DNA of 64,000 bases from contig OZ316894.1 of the NCBI GenBank assembly GCA_973895155.1, positions 17,390,563 to 17,454,562 on the forward strand, in the 5' to 3' direction. Within the stretch, counting starts at the first letter, position 1, and each line of letters starts with the position of its first letter. The position numbers and the translations under genes were made by a program. Shown here in pieces: positions 62,553 to 64,000 of this stretch. The stretch comes from Marsupella aquatica (Eukaryota; Plantae; Marchantiophyta). The notes below the pieces were generated by a model, which did not search any database, had not been told where the DNA came from, and was given only the letters and a program-made list of their open reading frames with translations.

Positions 62553-64000
62553 GAGATGAGATCTATGCATGTGAGAACTAAACCAATAGATATAATTAAT
62601 GTACAGTTTTCTGAAAATGATAGAACGACGAGTTTCACAAAGAAATTGAAACTTCATTTTCCTGCCTTCAATTTTGAGTTGCACCGGCTTTTTTTAAGGG
62701 GATGGGGGGGAACGACGATAGGAAAGCATCTGCGACGTTTAAACACGTGCGAGGCTCTTAGAATCGTCGGTCAAATCTACTCTAAAGGTTCAATGACGAC
62801 CACGAGTCCATGACCGTCGTCCACTTTGGATTGATGACAAAAGGTGTGTAGGACGGTTCTCCGCATCGCGTACGGGCCCCATAATCCCATATCATTTTGG
62901 ATATTTCCACTTCCAATTCTGTCAGTAGAGTGCCATATTTCTGCCCAATTCTCGCTCGGAATCTCTCAGAAGTGACATGTAAAGGCGTAGAGGTCCAAAG
63001 CAGCTGAGTGTCGGATCACAGGTTTGGATAAATGATGAACTTGGAGGCTGAGAACCACAAACCTCATGGCGACGCCATCCAGAAATTGCAGATAGAAAGG
63101 CGTTCTTTGTCTTGTTCGGCAGTACAGTAATCCTTGCAAGTCACGCAGCAATTTGCTGTTGTTTTTTCGAGGGATCAAACCATCTGGGCCCTCGACTTCT
63201 TAGAGAGGGCTGGCCAGTTCACTTAATTTGCAAGCTGCGTGTGACACGTTGGCACTGACGATTTCCCCATCCTACAATAGCTAGCAGGCTGGTTGCCCAT
63301 GGGCCTGTTCTCTTCCATTGGAACAAGTTTCTATCCTGAAAATGAGACCCACTTCCCGAGGAGATCCGAAGTTCTACGGTTTGGTTCTACATTAAAGCAA
63401 GGCCCACAGGAATTTTGGTCCGGTTCACTATCGTTTGTCATGGAATGGGTACGTGCTCCGTTATTTCAGACTTTGAAATTCCAAATTGCCAGCTTTGGCT
63501 TGTTAAGAGTGCTCTTGTGCGCTTCCACATCTCCATAAGACAAGCAACCCGTTGTTCATTTGGAACTCAGGGTTTCCCCACCGGGAGCTGGATTCCTGAC
63601 TAAACTGATAGTCACATGTGATGATGTGTATTTTCCAACCGGACGAGTAGATATGTGAAACTGGTAAGATGACTAGCTAAGACTATATACTTGCAACAGA
63701 TCTCCAGCAGCATAGGGCATGTAGTAATTTGGAGCACCCAAAAGGGTCTCGTACAACCCTGCAAAGTTTCTGCAAATTATTATGATGTTTTTATATAAAA
63801 TACAGACTGTACACCCAGCAGGAGAACCCAGCAGGAGTAACAGATTAGAATATCTCCCGGACTGTCCCAGAAAAACCACTTGAAGACAACCCTCTCCTGT
63901 TGTTGAAAGGGACTCAGGGGCGGTGACTGCTATGATTGGATTAACAACTGGAACAATGGCAAAGCATTGCTCTCAGCCTGTATCTATAACAACACTGGCA

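Noticed and set aside
63918-63934. 17-bp identity (ggcggtgactgctatga) with the minus strand near 47235-47251
   Set aside because: The match does not extend on either side; treated as chance.

Overview
Intron-rich eukaryotic DNA from a land plant with flagellated sperm. It is most likely a bryophyte such as a liverwort, inferred from an axonemal dynein lying among typical plant genes with short introns. Five protein genes could be reconstructed by hand: (1) a BAG6-like co-chaperone with two tandem IQ+BAG modules (-, 5298-7682); (2) a full-length DNAH6-type inner-arm axonemal dynein heavy chain, about 41 exons and about 4,200 aa (-, 10397-38315), with three apparent GC-AG introns; (3) an intronless cytosolic ribosomal protein S10/eS10 (+, 42517-43092); (4) a small DnaJ-type zinc-finger protein with four CxxCxGxG-like motifs (-, 45888-47138); (5) a bifunctional RIBA riboflavin biosynthesis enzyme (-, 51470-about 55027). 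Non-coding content includes three copies of a tRNA-derived SINE, a 52-54 bp hairpin minisatellite, a degenerate 25S rRNA fragment inside a dynein intron, several MITE-like elements, a decayed Ty1/copia element, a Helitron-like element and many local tandem duplications. I found no clearly new multi-gene system. The most unusual items are the double IQ-BAG gene, the intronic rRNA fragment spanning the R2/I-PpoI target region, the SINE family, and a structured GC-rich island at 57.4 kb. All coordinates and alignments were made by eye; no database search was run.
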